DNA from: Microbotryum violaceum
Lineage: Eukaryota
Length of the DNA: 64,000 nt
Direction of reading: 5' to 3'
Assembly: GCA_001244265.2 (NCBI GenBank)
Contig: CDLV01000015.1
Coordinates: 62,001 to 126,000, forward strand
The position numbers and the translations under genes were made by a program. Positions within the stretch are counted from its first letter, which is position 1, and the number at the start of each line of letters is the position of its first letter. The notes below the pieces were generated by a model, which saw only the letters and a program-made list of their open reading frames with translations, did not search any database and was not told where the DNA came from. This document shows positions 63,852 through 64,000 of this stretch, in pieces.

Positions 63852-64000
63852 CGCATTAGGGCTCCTTGTCCAATGTACCTCTCTGCGGAAATCGAAGGAA
63901 TCACGAGTCGCATTAGGGCTCCTTGTCCAATGTACCTCTCTGCGGAAATCGAAGGAATCACGAGTCGCATTAGGGCTCCTTGTCCAATGTACCTCTCTGC
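63852..64000. repeat. 57-bp tandem repeat (at least 2.6 identical copies, truncated by window end)
   Basis: CGCATTAGGGCTCCTTGTCCAATGTACCTCTCTGCGGAAATCGAAGGAATCACGAGT starting at 63852, 63909 and 63966. Confidence 0.97.

Noticed and set aside
63852..64000. CRISPR array or tandem lipopeptide pheromone precursor (EVHWTR resembles rhodotorucine EISWTR)
   Set aside because: Units are contiguous with no unique spacers, there are no cas genes and the DNA is eukaryotic; that reading frame has no Cys/CAAX motif
1..64000. tRNA, rRNA or mating-type locus genes
   Set aside because: No cloverleaf, rRNA-like, pheromone receptor or homeodomain sequence recognised by eye; a tRNAscan/Infernal run is needed to exclude small RNAs

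Overview
Intron-rich eukaryotic DNA from a basidiomycete fungus. Short GT-AG introns with GTGAGT/GTAAGT/GTCAGT donors and CTGAC/CTAAC branch points, plus the protein style, point to Pucciniomycotina (Microbotryomycetes-like); the taxon is an inference. The window holds about 21 spliced genes: Serinc/TMS1 (partial), ARPC2, a citrate/2-methylcitrate synthase, two alpha/beta hydrolases, a QxxHH-type elongase, pICln/LOT5, TRM1, NUP159, ROK1, a secreted DCR2-like phosphoesterase, PRP24/SART3, a PH-like protein with a (TPRTPV)n array, a divergent REC114 candidate, two tandem Zn2Cys6 factors (the second broken), LOS1, an arrestin-like protein, GRASP/GRH1 and an AMID-like oxidoreductase. It also contains a degenerate intron-bearing Helitron with two 3'-terminal signatures and a 57-bp tandem repeat running off the right edge. 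I found no convincing wholly new multi-gene system. The best leads are the REC114 candidate, dual-start TRM1, the decaying and gene-converted TF duplicate, the Helitron termini, the PxTP phosphosite array and the elongase histidine-box variant. Gene boundaries were spliced by eye and family calls come from remembered motifs, not database searches.
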